Shown: positions 24,472 to 32,006 of the stretch, piece after piece
How positions within the stretch are numbered: position 1 is the stretch's first letter
Layout of the letters: every line of letters starts with the position of its first letter
IMG/VR virus record: IMGVR_UViG_3300030620_000002
Location: 1-43,383 of that record
From: a virus
Length of the DNA stretch: 43,383 nucleotides
Reading direction: 5' to 3' (one strand)
Program-made: the position numbers and the translations under genes
The notes under the pieces: generated by a model
The model's input: the letters and a program-made list of their open reading frames with translations, nothing else
The model's database searches: none
What the model was told of the DNA's origin: nothing

Positions 24472-24929
24472 GGGCCTGGCTTCGAGGGCTCGCGCGCCGG
24501 GCGCTGTTCGCGGGCCTGCCGGAAGACCCGGCTGTTGTTGCTCGCGGGTGGCCTCCGCTGCCGAAGCCCCTGCCCCCACCGCCTCCGGCGCCGCCGTCGC
24601 CGCGCTCGCATGCCGCCGGGCCGGTGCTCGCGCGGGCCTGGGCTCGCCGGCGGGGGCCGCTCATGCTCGACGTGGGGCGTCTCCTGGGCTCGTGTGGAGG
24701 TCGCGTTCCGATGGAGGGCGCCGAGGTGCTGGCGCGGCGCGCCTTCTACGCCGGCGCCCGGGCGGCGCTGGAGGTGATCGACGGCACGGTCGAGGACCTC
24801 CCGGTGGACGCGGAACCGTCCGACGAGCAGGTCGCCGCAGCCGAGGCGCGGTTCGAGCGCATGCTCGAGGAGCTCGGCGAGGAGATCGACGCAACCGGAG
24901 GTGGGCCGGAGGAGGAGACCTCCGGATGA
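24468..24929 (+). CDS. Hypothetical protein (153 aa), paralog-like to the next gene
   Basis: GTG 24468 lies in the frame of track ORF 24099..24929. It contains ARRAFYAGARAALEVI and an acidic tail. Confidence 0.5.
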   Translation: MRAWLRGLARRALFAGLPEDPAVVARGWPPLPKPLPPPPPAPPSPRSHAAGPVLARAWARRRGPLMLDVGRLLGSCGGRVPMEGAEVLARRAFYAGARAALEVIDGTVEDLPVDAEPSDEQVAAAEARFERMLEELGEEIDATGGGPEEETSG

Positions 24930-25339
24930 GCCGGAAGGCCGCCGCGCCGCCGCCGGGCCCGTTCGGGCGCGAGTGGGAGGCCTACCGCTGGCGGTGCGTC
25001 CCGGCCGAAGCCGGCCCCGGCCAGGTCGGCGCGGCCCAGCGGGCGTTCTACAGCGGCGCCGCCGCGGTGCTGCGGCAGTTGCTCGCGGCGCCGACCCAGG
25101 CCGCGATCACGCAGCTCACCCAGGAGGCGGCCGAGCACGCCGCGATGCCCGAGCCGCAGGATCAGGACCCCGACGCGTGGCTGGGCCCGCCGGTCGTGTC
25201 CGTGCACACGAGCGGCGGGGACCCCGGACGGTTGCGCCCTGTCGACGCGCCCGCGACCTGCGAGCGAGAGCCCGGAACCTTCCACTTCCAGGCGTCCTCA
25301 ACTCCCAGGCGTGCGACGCCCGAGAGCGAGGAGGACTAG
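24926..25339 (+). CDS. Hypothetical protein (137 aa)
   Basis: ATGA coupling to the upstream gene. AQRAFYSGAAAVLRQLL parallels the motif in the preceding gene. Confidence 0.5.
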   Translation: MSRKAAAPPPGPFGREWEAYRWRCVPAEAGPGQVGAAQRAFYSGAAAVLRQLLAAPTQAAITQLTQEAAEHAAMPEPQDQDPDAWLGPPVVSVHTSGGDPGRLRPVDAPATCEREPGTFHFQASSTPRRATPESEED

Positions 25340-25353
25340 TTGGGCTGGCGCAC

Positions 25354-25656
25354 GTGAAGTGCAACCTGACGAAGCTGCCCGGCGGTGCGACCGCGATCGT
25401 GTGCTCGAGCGGAGCGCGGTCGAAGCCGAAGCCATGCTCGTCGTGCGGTCGGCCGGCGGACCGCCTGTGCGATTTCCCGGTCAAGCGCGCCGGTCGGCGG
25501 ACGACGTGCGATCGGCCGATCTGTCGGCGCTGCGCTCGGCCGATCTCGGGCGACCGTGACCTGTGCCAGCCGCACGGGCGGCTGTGGGATGGCGAGACGG
25601 ACCGGCCCCGCGTCGGCCCGGGCCTCGACGCGACCGGAGGTGGCCCGGAGCAGTAG
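25354..25656 (+). CDS. Cys-rich zinc-finger-like small protein (~100 aa)
   Basis: GTG 25354 lies in the frame of track ORF 24901..25656. AIVCSSG...CSSCGRPADRLCDFPV...TTCDRPICRRCA...DLCQPH. Confidence 0.55.
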   Translation: MKCNLTKLPGGATAIVCSSGARSKPKPCSSCGRPADRLCDFPVKRAGRRTTCDRPICRRCARPISGDRDLCQPHGRLWDGETDRPRVGPGLDATGGGPEQ

Positions 25657-25709
25657 ACCGGCCGCCCGACTTTCGAACCCCGTAGGAGGAACAGGATGAT
25701 TGCGCCAGC
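25621..25709 (+). repeat. Gene-boundary repeat R1 (3' end of the Cys-rich gene, intergenic RBS and first codons of the next gene)
   Basis: About 90% identical to 27626-27719, including ...gaccggaggtggccc..gcagTAGaccggcc..gact.tcgaaccc.gtAGGAGGaacaggATG..tgcgccagc. Confidence 0.85.
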
Positions 25710-25872
25710 CGAACAGCGAAGCTCTGCCGAGGCGGCCCCGGAGCGGATCCGGACCGTCTGCTGCGTCTGCGGGGAGCTGATCCAGGACGGGGCGTCGCCG
25801 GCGGGGCTCGTGTCCCACGGGGTCCACCCGGGCGAGTGCGCGCGCCGGATGCTCGCCGGTGAGGCCGTATGA
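25696..25872 (+). CDS. Small Cys-rich protein (58 aa; below the ORF-track size cutoff)
   Basis: AGGAGGA RBS 5 nt upstream. MIAPAEQRSSAEAAPERIRTVCCVCGELIQDG...HGVHPGEC. ATGA coupling to the next gene. Confidence 0.55.
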   Translation: MIAPAEQRSSAEAAPERIRTVCCVCGELIQDGASPAGLVSHGVHPGECARRMLAGEAV

Positions 25873-26177
25873 GCGGCGGCCGCCGGAAGGCCCTGATGGC
25901 GGCGTACACCGCCAAGCACGGCGCGCCGCCGACCGGGCACTACGTCGAGCACGGCCGCCGGCACCCCTCGGAGCGCCGGCCGGCGAAGAAGGCCTACCTG
26001 GCGCGGCGCCGCGGCGCAGTGCCGATCCCCGAGCCGTGGGGCCGCCTGGCCGCCCGTGAGCGGCGCCGCCGGGCCCGGGCGGCGCGCCGCGGCGCGCGAC
26101 TGAAGGGTGGGCCCCGCCACCTGACCGCGGCCGAGCTGCGCGCGGCGCGCGCGGCCCTCCTCGGAGAGCAGCCGTGA
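25869..26177 (+). CDS. Highly basic hypothetical protein (102 aa)
   Basis: Coupled at both ends. Arg/Lys-rich; ends AALLGEQP. Confidence 0.5.
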   Translation: MSGGRRKALMAAYTAKHGAPPTGHYVEHGRRHPSERRPAKKAYLARRRGAVPIPEPWGRLAARERRRRARAARRGARLKGGPRHLTAAELRAARAALLGEQP

Positions 26178-26485
26178 TGAAGCCTCCCCAGCACCTGATC
26201 GACAAGATGCTCGCCGACGGCGAGATCGGGATCCTGTCTTCCCTGGTCGTCCTCGGCGCGGCGCTCGCGGTGCAGCGTGGCTCGGGGGCGGCGCTGGAGG
26301 GCGTGCAGACCGCAGGGGGCGAGCCGATCCCACCTGGCCTCGAGGCGCGGATGAAGGAAGCCCATGCGGCGATGGTCGAGGAGTTCCAGGCTGTGAGCGC
26401 CGAGGAGCTGGATCACTGCATCGCGCTGAGCACCGCGCACCTGCGAGCGGCGGGCTACCAGTGGACCTCCGGGCGGGACAACTGA
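26174..26485 (+). CDS. Hypothetical protein (103 aa) with one hydrophobic segment
   Basis: GTGATG coupling. Contains EIGILSSLVVLGAALAV. Confidence 0.5.
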   Translation: MMKPPQHLIDKMLADGEIGILSSLVVLGAALAVQRGSGAALEGVQTAGGEPIPPGLEARMKEAHAAMVEEFQAVSAEELDHCIALSTAHLRAAGYQWTSGRDN

Positions 26486-26991
26486 TGGCGACCGAGGAGC
26501 TGCTCGAGAGCGAGGTCGTCTGGGGGTGGGCATCCCACGCCGAGAGCGAGGTCTGGTCCGGCGCCTATTCCCTCGAGGCGACCGTGGAGCGCGCGATCGA
26601 GGAGGCGCGCAGCACCGGTGCCTGGGACGTCTACATCGCCGCCGGACAGTACCCCTCCACGGGCGCTATCGCCGCGACGGCGATTCGCCTCGACGACGTG
26701 CTCGAGCGCATGGAAGAGGACGCCGCCGACCAGGGGATCTACGCCGCCGACGAGCTGCTGTTCGAGCCCTCACCGGCCGCCGCCGAGAAGCTGGAGGAGG
26801 CACTGCGGGCCTGGGGAGCAGACGCGGTGACGGCCTTCGACCGCTGGACTCGCACCGGTGAGCCCGTACGCATCGTGCTCGTGAGAGCGGACTGCGGCGA
26901 TTGCGGCGTCGGGGTCAAGGTCGACGAGGACGGGTGCTGCGCCCAATGCGGGCGTGACGCCGAGATCGTCGTGCCCGGGAGCAGCTCGTGA
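26485..26991 (+). CDS. Acidic protein with C-terminal zinc ribbon (168 aa)
   Basis: ATG 26485 overlaps the upstream TGA. The body is very Asp/Glu-rich. The C-terminus reads CGDCGVGVKVDEDGCCAQCG. Confidence 0.55.
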   Translation: MATEELLESEVVWGWASHAESEVWSGAYSLEATVERAIEEARSTGAWDVYIAAGQYPSTGAIAATAIRLDDVLERMEEDAADQGIYAADELLFEPSPAAAEKLEEALRAWGADAVTAFDRWTRTGEPVRIVLVRADCGDCGVGVKVDEDGCCAQCGRDAEIVVPGSSS

Positions 26992-27365
26992 AGCAGGCGG
27001 GGCTCGACTGGGACCTCGACCCGGCGGAGTGGACCGCCGCGGCGCCGCCGGCGCCTCGCGCGCCCGCGCCACCGCCCACGGAGACGGCCGTCCTCGACGA
27101 GCGCGGCCGCGTCCGGCTCGGGACCGTCCTCGAGGCGCTCCCCGGCACGGCGTACCCGTACACCGCGGCCTGTGGCGCGTGCGGCGCCCGGCAGTCTGGC
27201 TGGGCGTCGGTCTGGAGCGCCGAGATGTGGGTCCGGCACCACCGCCGGACGTGTGCGGGAGCCGAGCAAGCCATGGAGGGCCGGCCCGCTGGCGCCGCCG
27301 CCAGCGCTCCTCCAACCAGAGTCCCCGCCGGCCGGGGCGGGGAACCCCCGCGGGGGGGAGCATGA
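26988..27365 (+). CDS. Duplicated-family protein A1 (125 aa, CGACG motif)
   Basis: The N-terminal ~85 aa is nearly identical to 28570..28923 (DWDLDPAEWTAAAPPAPRAPAPPPTETAVLDERGR...YPYTAACGACG..QSGW.SVWSAEMWVRHHR). Confidence 0.6.
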   Translation: MKQAGLDWDLDPAEWTAAAPPAPRAPAPPPTETAVLDERGRVRLGTVLEALPGTAYPYTAACGACGARQSGWASVWSAEMWVRHHRRTCAGAEQAMEGRPAGAAASAPPTRVPAGRGGEPPRGGA

Positions 27366-27508
27366 CCTGGCGCGCCTTGCAGATCCTGTCGGCGTCGGGG
27401 CTCGCGTTCGTCGCGGCCCTGTGCCTCTCGTGGTGGATCCGCGACGAGCGGCGCCGTCCTGAGCCGGTGGGTCGGGTGCGGCCGGGGTGGCGGCCCCGGC
27501 GGCCGTGA
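27362..27508 (+). CDS. Duplicated-family small membrane protein B1 (48 aa)
   Basis: MTWRALQILSASGLAFVAALCLSWWIRDERRRPEPVGRVRPGWRPRRP. Paralog at 28415..28573. ATGA coupling. Confidence 0.5.
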   Translation: MTWRALQILSASGLAFVAALCLSWWIRDERRRPEPVGRVRPGWRPRRP

Positions 27509-27744
27509 AGCAGTCCGCCCTCGACCTCGGCCACCACCCGGGCGCAGCGCGGGGGCGAGGAGCCGCCGCCGCTCGCGCCCTGCCCCGATTGCAGCCAGGA
27601 GCTCCAGTCTTTCGGCGCCGGCGGAGGCCTCGATCTCGACGCGACCGGAGGTGGCCCCGGGCAGTAGACCGGCCCGCCGACTTCGAACCCAGTAGGAGGA
27701 ACAGGATGCCTGCGCCAGCGGCCCTCCTGGGAGAGCAGCCATGA
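27505..27744 (+). pseudogene. Recombination scar: A-type start, then the tail of the Cys-rich gene, repeat R2 and a 12-codon mini-ORF
   Basis: GTGAAGCAGTCCGCCCTCGAC mimics the A1/A2 starts. 27626-27719 is a copy of 25621-25709. 27718-27744 is a copy of 26151-26177. The reading frame is Arg-rich and looks non-functional. Confidence 0.45.
27626..27719 (+). repeat. Gene-boundary repeat R2 (copy of 25621-25709)
   Basis: Direct comparison by eye, with small indels. Confidence 0.85.
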
Positions 27745-28418
27745 CGGCGCGCGCGCGGACCCCGGAGGACCTGGAGACGCCGGTGATCGCCGCCGCCCTG
27801 CGCCGCCTCGTCGGCGCCCACCACACCTACGGCGGCCTCTGGTCCGTCCCCCACCCCTCGACAGGGGGCGGCGTGTGGGCGGTCGGGGCGGACGGCTGGT
27901 GCTTCGCAGCTCTGCGCGTCTGGGGCCCGCCGCCCTTCCCGCTGGAGCCGGAGTCGACTCGTGGGGCTCGGACCAGGGCGGTGGAGCGGTGGCTCTCCCA
28001 GGATCAGGAGGGGCATCCCGTCGACGGCGAGGCCCTCCTGGCCTGGTGCGGCGCCGTCTGCGAGGACTGCGAGGACACCCGGGTGCAGCCGTGTGAATGC
28101 GAGGGCACCGGGGAGATCACGTGTACCTGCTCCAGGTGCGACGACGAGCACGAGACGACGTGCCCGGACTGCGCCGGCGACGGGCGCGCGACCTGCGACT
28201 CTTGCAGCCACCCCCTCTACGGGGTCCTGCTGGGTCGGCTGTGGGACCGGCACCTGATCCGCCTGGTCCTGACGGCGATCGGGACGGATGGGCTCAGCGT
28301 CTCCCACGACCGCGAGTTCGACGCCCTGGTCCTGCGAGCCCCCGGCCGGCTGGGTGTGGTGATGGGGATGCGGGGCGAGATCGAAGCGCACTACCCGCGG
28401 TTCGAGGCCCTCCCATGA
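27741..28418 (+). CDS. Protein with a DnaJ-type CxxCxGxG-like Cys cluster (225 aa)
   Basis: CEDCEDTRVQPCECEGTGEITCTCSRCDDEHETTCPDCAGDGRATCDSC. Confidence 0.6.
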   Translation: MTARARTPEDLETPVIAAALRRLVGAHHTYGGLWSVPHPSTGGGVWAVGADGWCFAALRVWGPPPFPLEPESTRGARTRAVERWLSQDQEGHPVDGEALLAWCGAVCEDCEDTRVQPCECEGTGEITCTCSRCDDEHETTCPDCAGDGRATCDSCSHPLYGVLLGRLWDRHLIRLVLTAIGTDGLSVSHDREFDALVLRAPGRLGVVMGMRGEIEAHYPRFEALP

Positions 28419-28573
28419 CCTGGCGCGCCCTCCAGATCCTGTCAGCGTCGGGTCTCGCGCTCTTCGGGGCCGTGTGTCTCGCGCGCTGGATCCGGGACGT
28501 GAAGAGCCGACCGGAGCCGGTGGAGCGGGTGCGGGCCGGGTGGCGGCCGCGGCGGCTGCTGGAGCGGCGGTGA
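28415..28573 (+). CDS. Duplicated-family small membrane protein B2 (52 aa)
   Basis: MTWRALQILSASGLALFGAVCLARWIRDVKSRPEPVERVRAGWRPRR. ATGA coupling. Confidence 0.5.
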   Translation: MTWRALQILSASGLALFGAVCLARWIRDVKSRPEPVERVRAGWRPRRLLERR

Positions 28574-28923
28574 AGCAAGGCGCCCTCGACTGGGACCTCG
28601 ACCCGGCGGAGTGGACCGCCGCGGCGCCGCCGGCGCCTCGCGCGCCCGCACCACCGCCCACGGAGACGGCCGTCCTCGACGAGCGCGGCCGCGCCCGGAT
28701 CGGCACCGTCATCGAGGCGCTCCCCGGCACGGCGTACCCGTACACCGCGGCCTGCGGCGCGTGCGGCACCCGCCAGTCCGGCTGGTCGTCGGTCTGGAGC
28801 GCCGAGATGTGGGTCCGCCACCACCGGACGGCCGAGGATCTCGACCTGGTGGAGGCGCTGCGCGCGCTCGCGGCCGAGGATCGCCTCGACGCCTTCGAGG
28901 CGGACGCTGGGGGCGCCCGGTGA
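28570..28923 (+). CDS. Duplicated-family protein A2 (117 aa)
   Basis: GTG 28570 overlaps the B2 stop. About 250 nt is roughly 93% identical to A1, followed by a different C-terminus. Confidence 0.6.
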   Translation: MKQGALDWDLDPAEWTAAAPPAPRAPAPPPTETAVLDERGRARIGTVIEALPGTAYPYTAACGACGTRQSGWSSVWSAEMWVRHHRTAEDLDLVEALRALAAEDRLDAFEADAGGAR

Positions 28924-29252
28924 CGCCGCTCACCGAGGCCGGCGGGCGCCGGCGTTGCCGCTACTGCGGCCGGCCGATCCGCTTCGCGTTGCTCCCGGAC
29001 GGTCGCCAGGTCCCGTACGACCCGGAGCCCAACCCGGCGGGCAGCCTGGTCTTCGAGCGCGCGCGGACGGAGTCGGGCGACGAGCTGGCGCTCCGCCGGG
29101 CCGTGTTCGCCGCGCTCGGCGAGCGGGCGGGGGAGACGCGCTACCTGCCCCACCGGAGCAGCTGCCCGGCTCGAGCCGTGCGCCGGCGGCGCCGCGGCGG
29201 GCGGCACTCGCCTGGCCGCCGCCAGCGCCATCTCTTCGGGGGGACCCCTTGA
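28920..29252 (+). CDS. Zinc-ribbon-like hypothetical protein (110 aa)
   Basis: GTG 28920 is coupled to the upstream stop. CRYCGRPIRFALLPDGRQVPYDPEP ... SSCPA. Confidence 0.5.
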   Translation: MTPLTEAGGRRRCRYCGRPIRFALLPDGRQVPYDPEPNPAGSLVFERARTESGDELALRRAVFAALGERAGETRYLPHRSSCPARAVRRRRRGGRHSPGRRQRHLFGGTP

Positions 29253-29409
29253 GCGCCCGCCTGCTCCGCTTTCCGCCCGGCTCGGCGCCGCGCCCCCTCG
29301 TCGTGCCCGGTCGCGTCGGTCGCCTCCGTCGCTTCGCGTTCGCCCGGATGCGCCTCGAGGTCTGGCTCCGGGTGCGGCTGTACCGGTACCGCCGGTGGAG
29401 GAGGCACTT

Positions 29410-29634
29410 GTGATCGGCGAGATCTTCGACGCGGCGGCCGCGCGGCTGATCTGGGGGATGTGGGGGGTGTCGCTGATCGCCGGCGCCGCCGGCGGAGCAG
29501 TCCTCCTCGGCGCCGGCTGGGTCTGGGGCTACCTCTCGCGCTGCCGGGACGAGCGCGAGGCGCAGCTGAGCGACGAGTGGCGTGCGGAGCGCGCCCGCCA
29601 GGAGCAGCAAGGGGCCAAGGAGGACTCCGCGTGA
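29410..29634 (+). CDS. Small membrane protein (74 aa)
   Basis: GTG 29410. Hydrophobic LIWGMWGVSLIAGAAGGAVLLGAGWVWGYL followed by a charged tail. Confidence 0.45.
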   Translation: MIGEIFDAAAARLIWGMWGVSLIAGAAGGAVLLGAGWVWGYLSRCRDEREAQLSDEWRAERARQEQQGAKEDSA

Positions 29635-30266
29635 GCCTCTACGACCGCTACCACGAGCTGCACGGGCTGCAGGAGGCGCTCCGCGAGAGCGAGAGGCCGG
29701 AGAAGGTCCGCGTCTGCATCGAGCACCGGGTGACGTGCTCGGTCCGGGACGACGCGGTGGTGTGCCCCGTGGGGTCCCACGAGCTCGAGGAGCGTGAGTG
29801 GGCGGTCGCGAACGCCCCGGGGCCAGGCACTACGACGGCGGCACCGCCGCCGCCACACAGGAGGGAGGCGCCGATGGCGCAGCACGGCGGGAAGAGACAG
29901 TCGTCGGTCGTCGACCGGAGATTCTTCCGGGACGCCGCCGGCAACAGGCTGTACCTGCGGCTGAAACAGCAGGAGGACGGGGCCATGGTGATCGCCGTGC
30001 AGCACCTCCCCAAGGGGGGCGGCAACCGGAGCGGGGTGCTGGGGCACTTCCGGCCCGGCGACGACCCCGCCCTGGCGGATCGCCAGGCCAAGGCGCGCTT
30101 CATCGAGCTCATCGGGCAGACGCTCCAGAAAGGCTGGACCGCGTCGGCCGGGAGGCGCCCCGGGGGCCTACAGGAGATTCCCGAGGCTCAGGGCGCCGCG
30201 GCCGCCGCCGCGGCGCCGAAGCGCAGCACGGCACGCCCGCGGCCGTACGCCGGGAGGGGACGTTGA
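29631..30266 (+). CDS. Hypothetical protein (211 aa), C-terminal half weakly WGR-like
   Basis: GTGA coupling. RRFFRDAAGNRLYLRLKQQEDGAMVIAVQHLPKGGGNRSGVLGHF...AKARFIELIGQTLQKGW. Confidence 0.5.
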   Translation: MSLYDRYHELHGLQEALRESERPEKVRVCIEHRVTCSVRDDAVVCPVGSHELEEREWAVANAPGPGTTTAAPPPPHRREAPMAQHGGKRQSSVVDRRFFRDAAGNRLYLRLKQQEDGAMVIAVQHLPKGGGNRSGVLGHFRPGDDPALADRQAKARFIELIGQTLQKGWTASAGRRPGGLQEIPEAQGAAAAAAAPKRSTARPRPYAGRGR

Positions 30267-31465
30267 CCGCCGCGGCGCCGGCGCTGCAGGACCTGAAGCT
30301 CGACGTCCTCGTCGAGTCACCGTCCAACCCCCGCAAGACCTGGGGCGACCTGGCCGAGCTCGTGGCGAGCATCCGCGAGAAGGGCGTGCTCCAGCCGATC
30401 CTGGCCCGGCCGCTCCCGGGCCCCCGCGAGAAGGGGTCCGCCACCCACGAGGTGGTCTTCGGGCACCGGCGTCTCCGCGCCGCGCGGAAAGCGGGGTTAG
30501 CCACGATCCCCGCGATCGTCCGGTCCCTCGACGACCTCGCCGCCCTCGAGGCACAGGTGATCGAGAACGGCCAACGAGAGGACATCCATCCCCTCGAGGA
30601 GGCCCTCGGGATGGCGAAGAAGCGGGCCGAGGCGGAAGCGGCCGGCCGCCAGGTCCTCACGGGCAAGGCGGCGAAGGCGGCGATCGAGAGCCGCGTCAAG
30701 TTCGTGAAGCCCGGGGACCACTGCTGGGAGGACCCGAAGGGGCAGCGCACATGGGGGAAGCTGCTCGGGAAGAAAGGCCTCGAGGAACACGGGGTGCTCG
30801 CGGAGGGGCCCGACGGCGACCTGGTGGAGCTCGTCCCCGCGGAGGCGGCGCGCGCCGCCCTCAAGGATGTGCTGAAGGCATCGGGTCTCTCGCCGGCGCG
30901 CTCGAGGGCGTCGAGCCCCTCGTCGATCGCGGCGTCCCAGCGGCGCGAGCAGGCGAAGCGTGACCTGGAGCGGCGTGTTCGCGGGCGGATCCTCGACGAG
31001 ATCGTTCCCAGGGTGAAGTCACTCGACCGCGAGGACATGGTGCTCGTCCTCGTCTCGATGTTCCGCCGGCTCTGGCACGACGACTACAAGGTGCCGCTCT
31101 CGAAGCGCTGGGGCCTCCGAACGGAGACCGAGAAGGGCACGAAGGCCTTCGCCGCCCGCCTCGACCTTGACGCGGCTCTCGATCGCCGCCTTCGCCGCCT
31201 TGCCCGTGAGGACTTGGTCGACCGGCCCGAGGCCGCGCCCCGCCTCCCGGCCGTGCTCGCAGCGCGCATCCTGGAGGTCGCCCTCTTCACCGAGACACAC
31301 CCGCTGGCCCACCACACGCCGAAGGCTGACGCGCTGCTCGAGGCGGCCCAGCGCTACGGTATCGACGCTGCGGCGATCCGCCGCGAGGAGACCGCCGCCG
31401 CGGCCCGGCCGAAGAAGAAGGCCCCGAAGAAGACGCGCGGGAAGAAGGCGGCTCGCCGTGGGTGA
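30263..31465 (+). CDS. ParB/Srx-like N-terminal domain protein (400 aa)
   Basis: TTG 30263 is coupled to the upstream stop. SPSNPRKTWGDLAELVASIREKGVLQPILARP...VVFGHRRLRAARKAGLATIPAIV matches ParB boxes. Basic C-terminal tail. Confidence 0.8.
   Translation: MTAAAPALQDLKLDVLVESPSNPRKTWGDLAELVASIREKGVLQPILARPLPGPREKGSATHEVVFGHRRLRAARKAGLATIPAIVRSLDDLAALEAQVIENGQREDIHPLEEALGMAKKRAEAEAAGRQVLTGKAAKAAIESRVKFVKPGDHCWEDPKGQRTWGKLLGKKGLEEHGVLAEGPDGDLVELVPAEAARAALKDVLKASGLSPARSRASSPSSIAASQRREQAKRDLERRVRGRILDEIVPRVKSLDREDMVLVLVSMFRRLWHDDYKVPLSKRWGLRTETEKGTKAFAARLDLDAALDRRLRRLAREDLVDRPEAAPRLPAVLAARILEVALFTETHPLAHHTPKADALLEAAQRYGIDAAAIRREETAAAARPKKKAPKKTRGKKAARRG
30653..30700. repeat. Left arm of a 48-bp perfect inverted repeat inside the ParB-like gene
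   Basis: gtcctcacgggcaaggcggcgaaggcggcgatcgagagccgcgtcaag is the exact reverse complement of 31166-31213. Confidence 0.95.
31166..31213. repeat. Right arm of the 48-bp perfect inverted repeat
   Basis: cttgacgcggctctcgatcgccgccttcgccgccttgcccgtgaggac. The spacer 30701-31165 is 465 bp (155 codons). Confidence 0.95.
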
Positions 31466-32006
31466 GGACCGGCTGCAGCTGCGCGCCCTCAGCCTCACTC
31501 AGCCGTGGGCCTCGCTGGTCGCCCTCGGCGCCAAGCGCATCGAGACGCGTTCCTGGGCCACCGCCTACCGAGGCCCCCTCGCGATCCACGCGTCGTGGCA
31601 CTTCCCGCCACACGCGCGGCGGCTGTGCGAGGAGGAGCCCTTCCTCCGCCTCCTCGAGGAGGCGGGCCTCGACGAGGACACCCTCCCTCGCCGGGCCGTG
31701 CTCGGCGTCTGTCGACTGCTGGGCTGCCATCTCATCACCGAGCTCGAGGCGCAGCGCATTGCCCACCTCGGGGCCGGTGAAGAGCTCCACCTGGGCGTCC
31801 GCTTCGGCGCCGCCGTCGTCACCCGCGTCGAGGCCGCGCTCGGCGACTTCAGCGCACGCCGCTACGCCTGGACGCTGAGCGAGCCGCGGCTCTTCAGCCG
31901 GCCGTCACCGGCTTCCGGCCGTCTGGGCGTCTGGCGGTGGACTGCGCCGGTCAACTTCCGCGATCTCGAGCCCGAGGTCGCGGCCCAACTCCAGGAGGGG
32001 CGGTGA
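31458..32006 (+). CDS. ASCH (PUA-like) domain protein
   Basis: LRALSLTQPWASLVALGAKRIETRSWATAYRGPLAIHAS is the ASCH signature. GTG 31458 overlaps the end of the ParB-like gene. Confidence 0.75.
   Translation: MGEDRLQLRALSLTQPWASLVALGAKRIETRSWATAYRGPLAIHASWHFPPHARRLCEEEPFLRLLEEAGLDEDTLPRRAVLGVCRLLGCHLITELEAQRIAHLGAGEELHLGVRFGAAVVTRVEAALGDFSARRYAWTLSEPRLFSRPSPASGRLGVWRWTAPVNFRDLEPEVAAQLQEGR

Noticed and set aside
26739-29231. 830-aa minus-strand ORF across the duplicated early region.
   Set aside because: Extremely Arg/Ala/Pro/Gly-rich. It is antisense to a chain of coupled + strand genes with sensible composition.
29249-29413. 54-codon TTG-start ORF (LSARLLRFPPGSAPRPLVVPGRV...RYRRWRRHL) coupled to its neighbours.
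   Set aside because: It has plausible TTGA/GTGA coupling on both sides, but its composition is extremely Arg/Leu/Pro-rich and it has no motif. It is left unannotated as uncertain.
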